DNA of 64,000 bases from Lachnospiraceae bacterium (GTDB taxonomy: Bacteria; Bacillota; Clostridia; Lachnospirales; Lachnospiraceae). The notes under the pieces were generated by a model. That model did no database searches and had not been told where the DNA came from. It was given only the letters and a program-made list of their open reading frames with translations. Positions 19,466-29,323 of the stretch are shown in pieces (positions within the stretch are counted from its first letter, which is position 1; the number at the start of each line of letters is the position of its first letter). The position numbers and the translations under genes are program-made. The stretch is from the NCBI GenBank assembly GCA_949383255.1, contig CASJPF010000015.1, forward strand, positions 45-64,044, written 5' to 3'.

Positions 19466-22132
19466 CTAATCTGTATCAGATACAGGGGCTTGTGGTTCCG
19501 CAGGTGTCTCCAGTGAGGGGGGTGTTATGCCAGCCGCTCTTAACTGCATTTCTAACATCTGCTGTTGAATAACTTCCTGCGCGTTTGGTGCTGCAAAGAA
19601 AGTACTATTGTGCGGACAAAGCTGTGTGTTTTCTGCGGTATTATCTGTAGGAAGTTTTGTAAGGGATGATGCAAGATTATTGTCCTGAAGTCGATCAGGT
19701 ATCTGTTCGATAACAGATGCTTGTTTAAAAGGACATTCCTCTGCTGCCGAGAGTCCACAGTATCCACATATATTTGAGAAGTAATGTACGTCACAGTATT
19801 CAGTGGGGACAGAACCTTCTGCAAAGTATTCTGTTTTGACACTGCCATTACATACTCCTGCAATTGGAAGCCTTCCAGATTTGGAGCAGATAGAAGCTGT
19901 GACAATACCATTAGCCATAGGGAATGACTTGTATTCTAAGTTTTCATGAATCTTTGACATAACTTTTTTCCACATGGTTTTTGACAAATTCTTTTCAGCT
20001 GAAGTTTTCATACTGACATTATTGTCGTAACCTGTCCATGTTGTGGCAGTATAGTATGGAGTATAACCAGAAAACCATACATCTTTATAATCAGAAGTAG
20101 TTCCTGTTTTTCCGGCAATTGCCATATTTCCAAAATTTACGGAGCCGCCAGTACCAGATGTGACTACATCAACCATAGCGCTTGTAAGTAGCCATGCAGT
20201 GGAGGCTTTAATAACTTGGGTAGACTCAGGCTCTGTGTTGTCAATCATAACATTGCCGTCGTGATCAACGATTTTTGTATAGAGCTTCGGTTTAACGTAA
20301 GTTCCCTGATTGGCGATGGTAGCGTAGGCAGCATTTAGTTCCATGTTAGTAACACCATCTGTAATTCCTCCAAGTGCAAGGGGCTGCCCAATATCGGATA
20401 CAACAGTTCCATCTTTCTCAACACGTTTGTCAACAAGTGTAGTAAAACCAAAGTTTTGTAGATAGTCAAAGCCAAGTTGTGGAGAAATCTGTGTAAGTGT
20501 TTTTACCGCTACAATATTTGCAGATTGTACAATACCATAGCGAAGACTTAGAAGTCCTCTATAATTATTTCCCCACCAATTTTTTACAGGGCGTCCGCTG
20601 TTGTAGTTAAATGGAGCATCATTTTGTACATCGGCAAGCGTCAGACCTGCGCTATCAAGGGCTGGCGCGTAGGTTGAAACGACTTTGAAGGTAGAACCCG
20701 GCTGTCTTGTTGTATTGGAGGCTCTGTTAAGAGTACGGCTTGCTTCTTTTGTACCCCGTCCACCTACCATAGCGACAATATGTCCAGTAGATTGGTCTTC
20801 TACAGTGATAGATACTTGTGGTTGTGGAGTGAGCGTGATACGTTCGCCATCAACTTTATCCCCCTCTGACATGACGTCATGCTTGTAGGCTTCGATTGCC
20901 GCATATGCATCATCTTTCGTTGCATATAGTAAGTTAAAAGAAGGATTTTGTTGTTTATAGAACGCTTTGAACATCTCGGTACTATGATTTTCCTTTTCAC
21001 CGTTGGCTTTTTCAATTGTGAGGGCATAGTTTAAGTACCATTTGATGGTTTCTGGATAGTTTTCTTCATTTTCATATACTTCATCACAAATTGCTTGAAT
21101 ATCTGGGTCCTGTGTTGTGTAAATACTCAAACCACCGCTAAATAGAAGCCAGTGTGCCTGTGTTTCATTAAAACCCTTGATTTCCATTAAATCGTTCAGT
21201 ACTTGCCTAGTAACTTCGTCTACAAAATATGTATAGACGGATTTGTCCACAGTTTCTTCATTTACAGCCAAAATACGGCTGTACACATCATCAGCCATTG
21301 CTTCATCGTACTCAACCTGTGTAATATAGCCCTGGTTTTTCATTTTTTCAAGAACGATTTTGCGCCTTGTTTCATTATTATCTGGATGGGATATGGGATT
21401 GTATTTTGAAGGGTTTGATGTGGTGGCAACGATAACTGCACACTCAGATAGCGTTAGTTGATAAGGCTGTTTATTAAAATAGCGCAAAGCGGCAGCTTTA
21501 ACCCCCAAGGTATTTTGTCCCAGATTGATCGTGCTCATATAAATTTCCAGTATTTTCTCTTTTGACATTTTCTTTTCTAGTTCAATCGCAAGATACTGTT
21601 CCTGGATTTTACGTTTAATTTTCTGCATTGTCTCCTCATTCACCCAATCGTCAAATACGTTATTTTTAATAATTTGTTGAGTGATTGTAGAAGCACCTTG
21701 CGAGAGCTCTCCATTTTGCAGCGCTGCAAAACCTGCACGTATAATACCTCTGATGTCGATGCCGTTATGCTCGTAAAAACGTTCGTCTTCAACTGCGACA
21801 AAAGCATCTGAAAGATATTTAGGAATTTTATCAATTTCTTCATAGCTTCTGTTGGAATTGGCAGCAACTAATTTGGTCAACTCATTGCCTTTTGCGTCGT
21901 ACACAACCGTGGCAAAACCTTGCGGAAGCACGGCAGCAGGATCTACGTCAGGAGCTGAATTTAAAATTCCTTTGAAGGCACCAATACCAAAACAGACACC
22001 AACAATCATCACTGACATGACACTGACCAGCATCAGCTTCAATGCAGAGACTAGAAACATTTTTTTGAATTTTATGGATTTTGAAGTTAGGGATTTCTGG
22101 ACTTTTGAAATGCCTCTTTTCCCATAATTCAT
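19466..22132 (-). CDS. Class A penicillin-binding protein (PBP1A)
   Basis: Transglycosylase EDERFYEH and GASTITQQ; transpeptidase STFK, SAN and KTG; Cys-rich tail. Confidence 0.93.
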   Translation of the reverse strand: MNYGKRGISKVQKSLTSKSIKFKKMFLVSALKLMLVSVMSVMIVGVCFGIGAFKGILNSAPDVDPAAVLPQGFATVVYDAKGNELTKLVAANSNRSYEEIDKIPKYLSDAFVAVEDERFYEHNGIDIRGIIRAGFAALQNGELSQGASTITQQIIKNNVFDDWVNEETMQKIKRKIQEQYLAIELEKKMSKEKILEIYMSTINLGQNTLGVKAAALRYFNKQPYQLTLSECAVIVATTSNPSKYNPISHPDNNETRRKIVLEKMKNQGYITQVEYDEAMADDVYSRILAVNEETVDKSVYTYFVDEVTRQVLNDLMEIKGFNETQAHWLLFSGGLSIYTTQDPDIQAICDEVYENEENYPETIKWYLNYALTIEKANGEKENHSTEMFKAFYKQQNPSFNLLYATKDDAYAAIEAYKHDVMSEGDKVDGERITLTPQPQVSITVEDQSTGHIVAMVGGRGTKEASRTLNRASNTTRQPGSTFKVVSTYAPALDSAGLTLADVQNDAPFNYNSGRPVKNWWGNNYRGLLSLRYGIVQSANIVAVKTLTQISPQLGFDYLQNFGFTTLVDKRVEKDGTVVSDIGQPLALGGITDGVTNMELNAAYATIANQGTYVKPKLYTKIVDHDGNVMIDNTEPESTQVIKASTAWLLTSAMVDVVTSGTGGSVNFGNMAIAGKTGTTSDYKDVWFSGYTPYYTATTWTGYDNNVSMKTSAEKNLSKTMWKKVMSKIHENLEYKSFPMANGIVTASICSKSGRLPIAGVCNGSVKTEYFAEGSVPTEYCDVHYFSNICGYCGLSAAEECPFKQASVIEQIPDRLQDNNLASSLTKLPTDNTAENTQLCPHNSTFFAAPNAQEVIQQQMLEMQLRAAGITPPSLETPAEPQAPVSDTD

Positions 22133-22414
22133 TGAATCACCTCCGTCAAACTAAAACTCATTCTACTCATTATAACAAAATCCTTTGTGTAAATAAAGAA
22201 CTTTTTTTAGAGTTTATAGGAATTATATTATTTATTTACATTTTTTTACATTTTTGGTGAGAATGGTAGCACTTGGCATATAAGTTACAGTTTAGCCTAT
22301 TTCAATTCATAGAGAACCGCTTTTCGTAGCTTGATTGTGCCCTTGCTATGATACAATTTCACATGAATTGTAAGATCATAATTTGCAGTTAATGTACTAA
22401 AGTATTTTGGGATA

Positions 22415-22451
22415 TACATTTCACTCTTTTGTTAGAGGAGTGAAATGTAAC
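22415..22451. repeat. Palindrome related to the MITE terminal repeat
   Basis: TACATTTCACTC / GAGTGAAATGTAAC, similar to GAGTGAACAGTAAC. Confidence 0.4.
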
Positions 22452-22552
22452 GAACTGTTATATATAAATATTAGTTTAGACGGAATATTTGCATTTTATA
22501 CAAGTACAGGTTATGATAGGAATATAAAAAGTTGATTTGTTGGAGGTTGGAT

Positions 22553-23203
22553 ATGGAAAAAGATACAAAGGAACAGGTGTATGAGGATTTTATATTGCTT
22601 GTAAAAGGGGCAGAGGCAGAACTTGTGGAAAAGAATTCGAGATTTATAGCGACAGTGCGTCCTGTCAAGAATGAGGAAGAGGCAATCGCTTTTATAGAAG
22701 AGATGAAAAAGAAATATTACGATGCCAGACATAATTGTTCCGCTTTCATAATAGGAAGAAAAGCGCAACTTATTAGAAGCAATGATGACGGGGAACCAAG
22801 TGGCACTGCGGGGCGACCGATGCTTGAGGTATTAATTGGAAGTGGGATTAGAAATGTTGCTGCGGTAGTTACAAGATATTTTGGTGGGACTTTATTGGGA
22901 ACTGGTGGTCTTGTGCGAGCATATTCTGGTGCGCTGAAGGAAGCATTGCAAAAATGTGAGACAGCCCGCCAACATTTTGGCGTAAGATTAAAGATTCGGA
23001 CGGATTACAATGCGGTTGGAAAAATACAATATATTTTGGCCAATAAAAATATTGAGATAGAGGATAGTGCTTATATGGCGGATGTAGAGATGACGGTCAT
23101 AGCACCAATCGAGGAGTATGACCGCCTTTGCAAAGAAATCGTAGAGGTGACAAGTGCCTGTGCAAAGATAGAAGAGTTGGAACATCTGTATTATTCTGTG
23201 TAA
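22553..23203 (+). CDS. yigZ: YigZ/IMPACT family protein
   Basis: SRFIA, DARHNCSA, DDGEPSGTAGRPML, VVTRYFGGTLLGTGGLVRAY. Confidence 0.92.
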   Translation: MEKDTKEQVYEDFILLVKGAEAELVEKNSRFIATVRPVKNEEEAIAFIEEMKKKYYDARHNCSAFIIGRKAQLIRSNDDGEPSGTAGRPMLEVLIGSGIRNVAAVVTRYFGGTLLGTGGLVRAYSGALKEALQKCETARQHFGVRLKIRTDYNAVGKIQYILANKNIEIEDSAYMADVEMTVIAPIEEYDRLCKEIVEVTSACAKIEELEHLYYSV

Positions 23204-23233
23204 AGTAAGTGATTAGTAATACAATTTGGTAGA

Positions 23234-24496
23234 TTAACCCGGTTCTGAGATGCGGGTTACACCTACAAAAATTTCCGAGATTTTATACCAAGTAGGGTAA
23301 TCTACAATTCCGGTGGGAGCAAGACCAAATACACGCTGGAAAGTACGAACTGCATTGGCCGTGGCGGTTCCAAAGATTCCATCTTCGGTGATACGCGGAA
23401 TTGCTGGATAATTTTGAGCAATACGGTTTAACTGCTGTTGCATTTGCAATACTTTCTGGCCAGAGGAACCGATTGTTAAATCATAGCCCGGCCAAGAAGA
23501 GGGAACACCAGAGATATATGAAGTCGAGTTAATATACATGTCATTTCCATAATAATAACGAATAATTTCTATTGGTGTATATCCCTGATCGCCTAGATAC
23601 TTACTACCCCACTGGGATAAACCATTGCAGGTAACACGGTTACCATCACAGTATGAAGTGAAAATCGGTTGTCGTACTCCCGGACGGGAAAGGAAGTTAG
23701 AGAAGATGGAATCCACAATACGGCTGATATTTTCGTATATGTTTCTGCCGCGAATCCATTTCTGGTCATAGGCGGTGGAGGAGGTGATGGTGAAGTTATA
23801 GCCTTGGTTTCGATACCATTCCGTATATACCCTGTTCAATGTAAAGGACATAATTGCAAGTGTATTTGCATAGATTGTGTTTTCCGGCCATGTCGCATAG
23901 ATTTCTGATGATACAACGTTTTTGATATAATCCGTATAGCGCACATAGTAATTTGGGGCGGAGGAGTCTTGTGGAACACCATCATGCACAATAACATATT
24001 CGGGGATTACGACACGGCTTAGAACAATTTCTCCGCTTTCATCCATTGGTTTAATTTCGTCCTCTGGTATTTTGGGTGGATACTCGCCATATAATGTATG
24101 GTCAGGTATTACAATATCGTCCTCAGTTTCCCCCGGTGGTTCAACCTCGATTGGATTCATAGTAACTGGCTGAACAGCCGTGACATCGGGAAGAATCTCT
24201 GTACCAGAGATATATACGGGTTCATATCCCGGAGCAGTGACAGAGATATTGTACTCTGAGTAAGGTTGGACATCACTAATCTGTGTACTGTAAGACAGAT
24301 TGGGGGCTGGGAGTGCGATTGTGGCAGTCTGTCCAGAGTCGTCTGTGGTGAGTGTTTGGACGACGGAGTTTGGATCGCCAGAATAAGAAATGGTGATAGT
24401 GGCATTATCTATGGGGATAAATCCCAGCGATGATGTAACGCTGATGGTTAAATCTCCAGAATAAGCCGGGGTTTCTGCTTTTATAATATTGGACAT
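23234..24496 (-). CDS. sleC: SleC-like spore cortex-lytic enzyme with peptidoglycan-binding domain
   Basis: VIPEYVIVHDG.P, YIKNVVSSEIYATWP, TLNRVYTEWY; C-terminal DGIFG..T..AV..FQ PG-binding domain. Confidence 0.82.
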   Translation of the reverse strand: MSNIIKAETPAYSGDLTISVTSSLGFIPIDNATITISYSGDPNSVVQTLTTDDSGQTATIALPAPNLSYSTQISDVQPYSEYNISVTAPGYEPVYISGTEILPDVTAVQPVTMNPIEVEPPGETEDDIVIPDHTLYGEYPPKIPEDEIKPMDESGEIVLSRVVIPEYVIVHDGVPQDSSAPNYYVRYTDYIKNVVSSEIYATWPENTIYANTLAIMSFTLNRVYTEWYRNQGYNFTITSSTAYDQKWIRGRNIYENISRIVDSIFSNFLSRPGVRQPIFTSYCDGNRVTCNGLSQWGSKYLGDQGYTPIEIIRYYYGNDMYINSTSYISGVPSSWPGYDLTIGSSGQKVLQMQQQLNRIAQNYPAIPRITEDGIFGTATANAVRTFQRVFGLAPTGIVDYPTWYKISEIFVGVTRISEPG

Positions 24497-24875
24497 AAAA
24501 ATCCCCTACATATGTTTTTTATAATATATGCGGGGGATTTTGATTGTGTTACGCGTGTTCATTTTTCGATAAAACGAAAATTCTCACATTACATGTGCAT
24601 TTAAAATTTTAGCGGCTAACACTCCTAACTTCGTAAACAGAAACTCCATCTGCAAGGTCAGATCATTTAATTCTCCGTCTGTGGTCAACGGATAATCTGC
24701 CCAGAAACCACTTCTGTCCGTATACGCCACAAATAAGCTGATGATATTCATATTGGGCTTTAAAAGTACATGAGACTTCAAACCGATCTATATAAGGTAG
24801 TTCGTTAGTTTCCAAAAAACCCTCGATCAATTCTGTAAAATCAGACAATGACAGATCGGGAAATTGGGCAGATTT

Positions 24876-25178
24876 GTGAACTACCCATTGTCTAAAGCCA
24901 ATAGGCTTCCTGCTTCTTCGACATACTATCTCCATAGACGTTAATTTGGACAGTCTCTGCCCTATAACGATATATACCGTACATTCGTACCTTGTATATT
25001 TTACGTGCTGAAGGATTGCTTGGTTTTCGCATTTTGATTTCTCAGCACAACCATCTATATACAGTTATCAATATCCGTGTATGAATAAATGATAACAAAA
25101 AATTTACACTATAGCAACTACTACTTTTGGTTGCCTTAACCCGCCGTCTAAAGCTAGTGGGATTGCGGTCGCCCTATT
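24876..25178 (-). mobile_element. ORF-less IS200/IS605 (TnpB-type) derivative with both ends and an omegaRNA-like scaffold
   Basis: Minus strand: left end AATAGGGCGACCGCAATCCCACTAGCTTTAGACGGCGGG; right end ATAGGGCAGAGACTGTCC-AAATTAACGTCTATGGAG...GAAGCAGGAAGCCTATTGGCTTTAGACAATGGGTAGTTCAC. The two subterminal hairpins are related; a partial second copy lies at 1141-1345. Confidence 0.75.
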
Positions 25179-25179
25179 T

Positions 25180-27012
25180 TTAATTTTTTTTCAAACCTGC
25201 CCTTTTTCTTAATGTAGGATCAAGAATTTTTTTGCGAATGCGCAGATTCTTGGGAGTAACCTCAAGAAGTTCGTCTGTATCAATGAAATCAAGTGCCTGT
25301 TCCAAACTTAGAATTTTGGGTGGAGTGAGCCGTAGAGCCTCATCTGCACTTGAAGAACGCGTGTTTGTCAATTGTTTTTTCTTGCAGACATTGAGTTCGA
25401 TATCCTCGCCTTTTCCATTTTGACCAACCACCATGCCAGAGTAAACCTTCTCTCCGGGACCGATAAATAAAGTGCCGCGTTCCTGTGCATTATACAGACC
25501 ATAGGTGATTGCTTCACCAGCCTCAAATGCGATTAGAGAGCCTTGTTTGCGATACTGGATATCACCTTTGTAAGGACCATAACCGTCAAATATTGTGTTT
25601 AAGATACCATTTCCTTTGGTGTCTGTCAAGAATTCACCGCGGTATCCAATCAAACCGCGCGAGGGGATGGAGAACTCTAAACGAGCATATCCCCCACTTG
25701 CCTTGCCCATGTTCTGCAATTCTCCCTTTCGCTGACTAAGTTTCTCGATGACAGTGCCGGAAAACTCTTCGGGAACATCGACATATGCAAGTTCCATTGG
25801 TTCAAGCTTTTTGCCATTTTCGTCTGTCTTGTATAAAACCTCTGCTTTACTAACTGCAAATTCAAAGCCTTCACGGCGCATATTCTCAATTAGTACGGAA
25901 AGATGCAGTTCACCACGACCAGATACCTTAAAGGCATCTGTATTTTCTGTCTCCTCGACACGCAATGACACATCTGTATTCAATTCTCGGAACAACCGGT
26001 CGCGCAAATGTCGGCTGGTTACATATTTTCCTTCCTGTCCGGCAAGCGGCGAATCGTTTACGATAAACTGCATAGCAATCGTGGGATCGCTAATTTTCTG
26101 GAAGGGAATAGGAACAATCTTGTCAATAGCGCAGAGTGTATCACCAATACGAATATCTGCAATCCCTGAGATGGCAACGATTGAGCCAATGCCAGCTTCC
26201 CGTACTTCTACTTTATTTAATCCATCAAACTCATAAAGTTTGCTGACCTTTACCCTTTTTTGTTTGTCTGGCTCGTGATGATTGCAGATAATGACCTCCT
26301 GATTGACAGCGATAGTTCCATTGTCAACCTTGCCAACACCAATGCGGCCAACATACTCATTGTAGTCAATCGTACTAATTAGCACTTGTGTTCCAGCGTC
26401 AGGGTCTCCTTCTGGTGCAGGAATATAATCAAGGATAGTTTCAAATAATGGTGTCATATCAACACCTATTTCTTCCTCTTCTAAGGAAGCAACACCTGTT
26501 TTTGCGGAAGCGTATACAAAGGGGCAGTCAAGCTGGGAATCGTCTGCGTCGAGTTCGAGGAAAAGTTCTAGTACTTCTTCCATCACTTCGGAAGGGCGTG
26601 ATTCTGGCCGGTCGATTTTGTTGATGCATACGATGACAGGAAGTTTGAGTTCCAAAGCTTTTTTAAGTACAAATTTTGTCTGAGGCATGGCACCTTCAAA
26701 TGCATCCACAACAAGAATAACACCGTTTACCATTTTAAGGACACGCTCCACTTCGCCGCCAAAATCAGCATGACCGGGAGTGTCAATAATGTTAATCTTT
26801 GTATTTTTATACATGACCGCTGTATTTTTTGATAAGATTGTAATGCCGCGTTCTCGCTCAATGTCATTGGAATCCATGATGCGCTCGGCAACTTCCTGAT
26901 TTTCACGAAACACGCCGCTTTGTTTTAACAGTTCATCTACAAGTGTAGTTTTGCCGTGGTCTACATGGGCGATTATAGCTACATTTCTGACATCTTCTCT
27001 TTTCTGTATCAT
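25180..27012 (-). CDS. typA: Translational GTPase TypA/BipA
   Basis: IIAHVDHGKTTLVD, ERGITIL, DTPGHADFGGEVER, GRGELHL. Confidence 0.97.
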   Translation of the reverse strand: MIQKREDVRNVAIIAHVDHGKTTLVDELLKQSGVFRENQEVAERIMDSNDIERERGITILSKNTAVMYKNTKINIIDTPGHADFGGEVERVLKMVNGVILVVDAFEGAMPQTKFVLKKALELKLPVIVCINKIDRPESRPSEVMEEVLELFLELDADDSQLDCPFVYASAKTGVASLEEEEIGVDMTPLFETILDYIPAPEGDPDAGTQVLISTIDYNEYVGRIGVGKVDNGTIAVNQEVIICNHHEPDKQKRVKVSKLYEFDGLNKVEVREAGIGSIVAISGIADIRIGDTLCAIDKIVPIPFQKISDPTIAMQFIVNDSPLAGQEGKYVTSRHLRDRLFRELNTDVSLRVEETENTDAFKVSGRGELHLSVLIENMRREGFEFAVSKAEVLYKTDENGKKLEPMELAYVDVPEEFSGTVIEKLSQRKGELQNMGKASGGYARLEFSIPSRGLIGYRGEFLTDTKGNGILNTIFDGYGPYKGDIQYRKQGSLIAFEAGEAITYGLYNAQERGTLFIGPGEKVYSGMVVGQNGKGEDIELNVCKKKQLTNTRSSSADEALRLTPPKILSLEQALDFIDTDELLEVTPKNLRIRKKILDPTLRKRAGLKKN

Positions 27013-27296
27013 AATAAATCCTCCATATTTTCAAACACATGATTCAATCAAGAATTTGTTTTCAAAACTAAAACAGTATAGCACTTATGTGTAGCTTTTG
27101 CAATGAAAAATATAAAGAGAAAACTTTTCTACGGCGTTTTGCAATTTGTGGCGCAATGAGATATAGGTATTTGTCAAATGTCGTCAAACATTGCCAAAAT
27201 GCCATGAATTATCAGTGTTTCTGCGATATTTCATGCTTTATTTACTGTATAAACTGGCATATGATTTAACTACAAGAACGAAGGGAGAATGAAAAA

Positions 27297-27971
27297 ATGC
27301 AAGAAACATTAAAGACAAAAAATGGGTATCATGAGCAGGTGATTGAAAACAATCAGGTAACAGTCATGGGGGAGATAGTAAGTGAGTTCTCATTCAGCCA
27401 CGAAATATTTGGTGAGGGCTTTTATATGGTTGATATTCAGGTGGCAAGATTGTCTGAATCTATGGATATTATCCCAGTGATGATTTCGGAGAGACTGCTC
27501 GATGTAAGTGGAGACTATAGAGGGATGATGGTGGTTGTGAATGGTCAGTTTCGTTCATACAACAGGCATGAGGAGCACAAAAATAAACTGGTTCTGTCTG
27601 TATTTGCAAGGGAAATTGAATTTGTAGAAGAAATCAGTGAGAATATCAAAACGAATCAGATTTTTCTTGATGGTTATGTGTGCAAGGAACCTGTATATAG
27701 AAAGACTCCTCTAGGACGCGAGATTGCAGATTTGCTGTTGGCAGTTAACCGTCCATATGGCAAGTCAGATTATATCCCTTGTATCTGCTGGGGAAGAAAT
27801 GCTCGTTATGCCTCAAATTTTGGGGTGGGAGAGCGTTGCTTGGTATGGGGACGCATTCAGTCGAGAGAGTATATGAAAAAAATTTCAGAGGAAGAACTAG
27901 AGAAACGGATTGCTTACGAGGTTTCTGTCAGCAAGTTGGAACTTCCAGAGGAAGGCACAGAGGAATTGTAA
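27297..27971 (+). CDS. ssb: Single-stranded DNA-binding protein, tandem-OB Clostridia type
   Basis: GQFRSYN, RKTPLGREIADLLLAVNR, SDYIPCICWGRNA, GRIQSREY. Confidence 0.88.
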   Translation: MQETLKTKNGYHEQVIENNQVTVMGEIVSEFSFSHEIFGEGFYMVDIQVARLSESMDIIPVMISERLLDVSGDYRGMMVVVNGQFRSYNRHEEHKNKLVLSVFAREIEFVEEISENIKTNQIFLDGYVCKEPVYRKTPLGREIADLLLAVNRPYGKSDYIPCICWGRNARYASNFGVGERCLVWGRIQSREYMKKISEEELEKRIAYEVSVSKLELPEEGTEEL

Positions 27972-28226
27972 CAGTTCAGACTTATGCTATTCTGCGAATA
28001 AAATCGTATTGCTGTGTGTTGCGAAGGCGTCAAAATGTGGCTTTGGAGCATTTTGTGTGCATTGGACGTGACAGTGAAACCGAAGGCGAAACTGTTACTT
28101 GTAATTAACGAAATGTAAAATTCAAAGTTGCAAAATTCTGTACGTTATGCTATTATTTTCGGGTGATAAATGTTTATATCTGCACAAATGATGCAGTTGC
28201 GAGGAAAGGGCATAAGAGATAGATTT

Positions 28227-28718
28227 ATGGAAAAAGGATTAATACAGATATACAGTGGTGAAGGGTATGATAAGTCTGCCGTGATGCTCGGAAGAGCTAT
28301 TCAGATTGCAAGTACAGGCAGGGATGTGGTGATTATCAATTTCCTAAAGAGAAATCTAAATGAAATTTTACTCAAACGGATGGAACCAGAAATTAAAATT
28401 TTTCGTTTTGAGAAAAGCGAAGTAGAATTTGCGCAACTTTCTGACGAACATAAGCAGGAAGAGATTTATAATATAAAAAATGGACTTAATTTTGCAAAAA
28501 AAGTTCTCACAACAGGAGAATGTGGTCTGCTGATTTTGGATGAAGTACTTGGGCTGATTGATAATAATATTATAACAATCGAGGATTTACACCATATTTT
28601 GAAGATGAAATCGGAGGATGTAGATATTATTCTGACAGGAGCACACCTCAATGATGATATGTGTCAGCTTGCAGATAAGATTTTTAAGATTGAGGCAGTT
28701 AATTATAAGGTGTATTAA
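28227..28718 (+). CDS. CobO/BtuR-like cob(I)alamin adenosyltransferase homologue (degenerate P-loop)
   Basis: KGLIQIYSGEG..K, LLILDEVL, IILTG motifs. Confidence 0.7.
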   Translation: MEKGLIQIYSGEGYDKSAVMLGRAIQIASTGRDVVIINFLKRNLNEILLKRMEPEIKIFRFEKSEVEFAQLSDEHKQEEIYNIKNGLNFAKKVLTTGECGLLILDEVLGLIDNNIITIEDLHHILKMKSEDVDIILTGAHLNDDMCQLADKIFKIEAVNYKVY

Positions 28719-28789
28719 TATTTGACCAGAAAATTGACAAGGAGCTGTTTGAGCTCCTTTGTTGCTGTGATAAAAATCTGGTTTGTTAG

Positions 28790-28818
28790 TTGACAGTCCA
28801 GATAATAGGATATATAAT
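28790..28818 (+). promoter_or_regulatory. Consensus sigma-A promoter of the dapA operon
   Basis: TTGACA-17-TATAAT. Confidence 0.85.
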
Positions 28819-28832
28819 GAAATAATATAAAA

Positions 28833-29207
28833 AGATAGAGGTTGCGTTTTTTATCAGTACTTTTAATTCATTTGAAGAGCGATAACAATACAATGTAAGT
28901 TTTTCATAATGTAAAGTTTCTGTTACTGTTCACATAGGACTTAACATTTATTGCTAAGCCTGTATGAAAACGTACATGTAGCAAGTAAAAATCCATTTGC
29001 GCAGCGAATTCGATCGTTTTGCAAATTTTGCATGGATTTTTATCTGTTACTGGAATGAAATGAACAGTAACAAGTTCCTGAGGTGACAGGCATCGTTTGA
29101 GGGAGAAGGAAAGGGAAAAACGCCGAAAGCAGAAGGTTCCTGAGTGCTTTCTGCTTGGGCATGTGGTTAAGAGCTATATGACTGTCATCAACAGATGGAG
29201 CGCTATC
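28833..29207 (+). ncRNA. Lysine riboswitch (L-box), interrupted by a MITE
   Basis: AGAGGTTGCG...ATCAGTA 5' core; GAAAGG..AACGCCGAAAG, CTTGGG, ACTGTCA and GGAGCGCTATC 3' core; P1 GATAG/CTATC; located upstream of dapA. Confidence 0.88.
28922..29071 (+). mobile_element. 150-bp MITE (TIR GTTACTGTTCA / TGAACAGTAAC)
   Basis: 11-bp perfect TIR; flanking 8-bp duplication AAGTTTCT / AAGTTCCT (7/8); homologous to 63171-63303. Confidence 0.85.
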
Positions 29208-29251
29208 ATTTTCAGCTAGAGCTAGTATATGGCATTGTGTGAGGATAGAGT

Positions 29252-29286
29252 ACCGGCCGTCTATTGATTAGATGATCGGTTTTTTC
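29252..29286 (+). terminator. Riboswitch expression-platform terminator
   Basis: ACCGGCCGTCTA / TAGATGATCGGT followed by a T-tract, just before dapA. Confidence 0.75.
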
Positions 29287-29323
29287 TTTGTTAATCAGTA
29301 TATTATTTAAGGAGGGCATGTCT

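Noticed and set aside
24694-24703. Nearby 10-nt match (AATCTGCCCA) to the predicted omegaRNA guide
   Set aside because: Too short, and not preceded by a TTRAA-like motif; compatible with chance.
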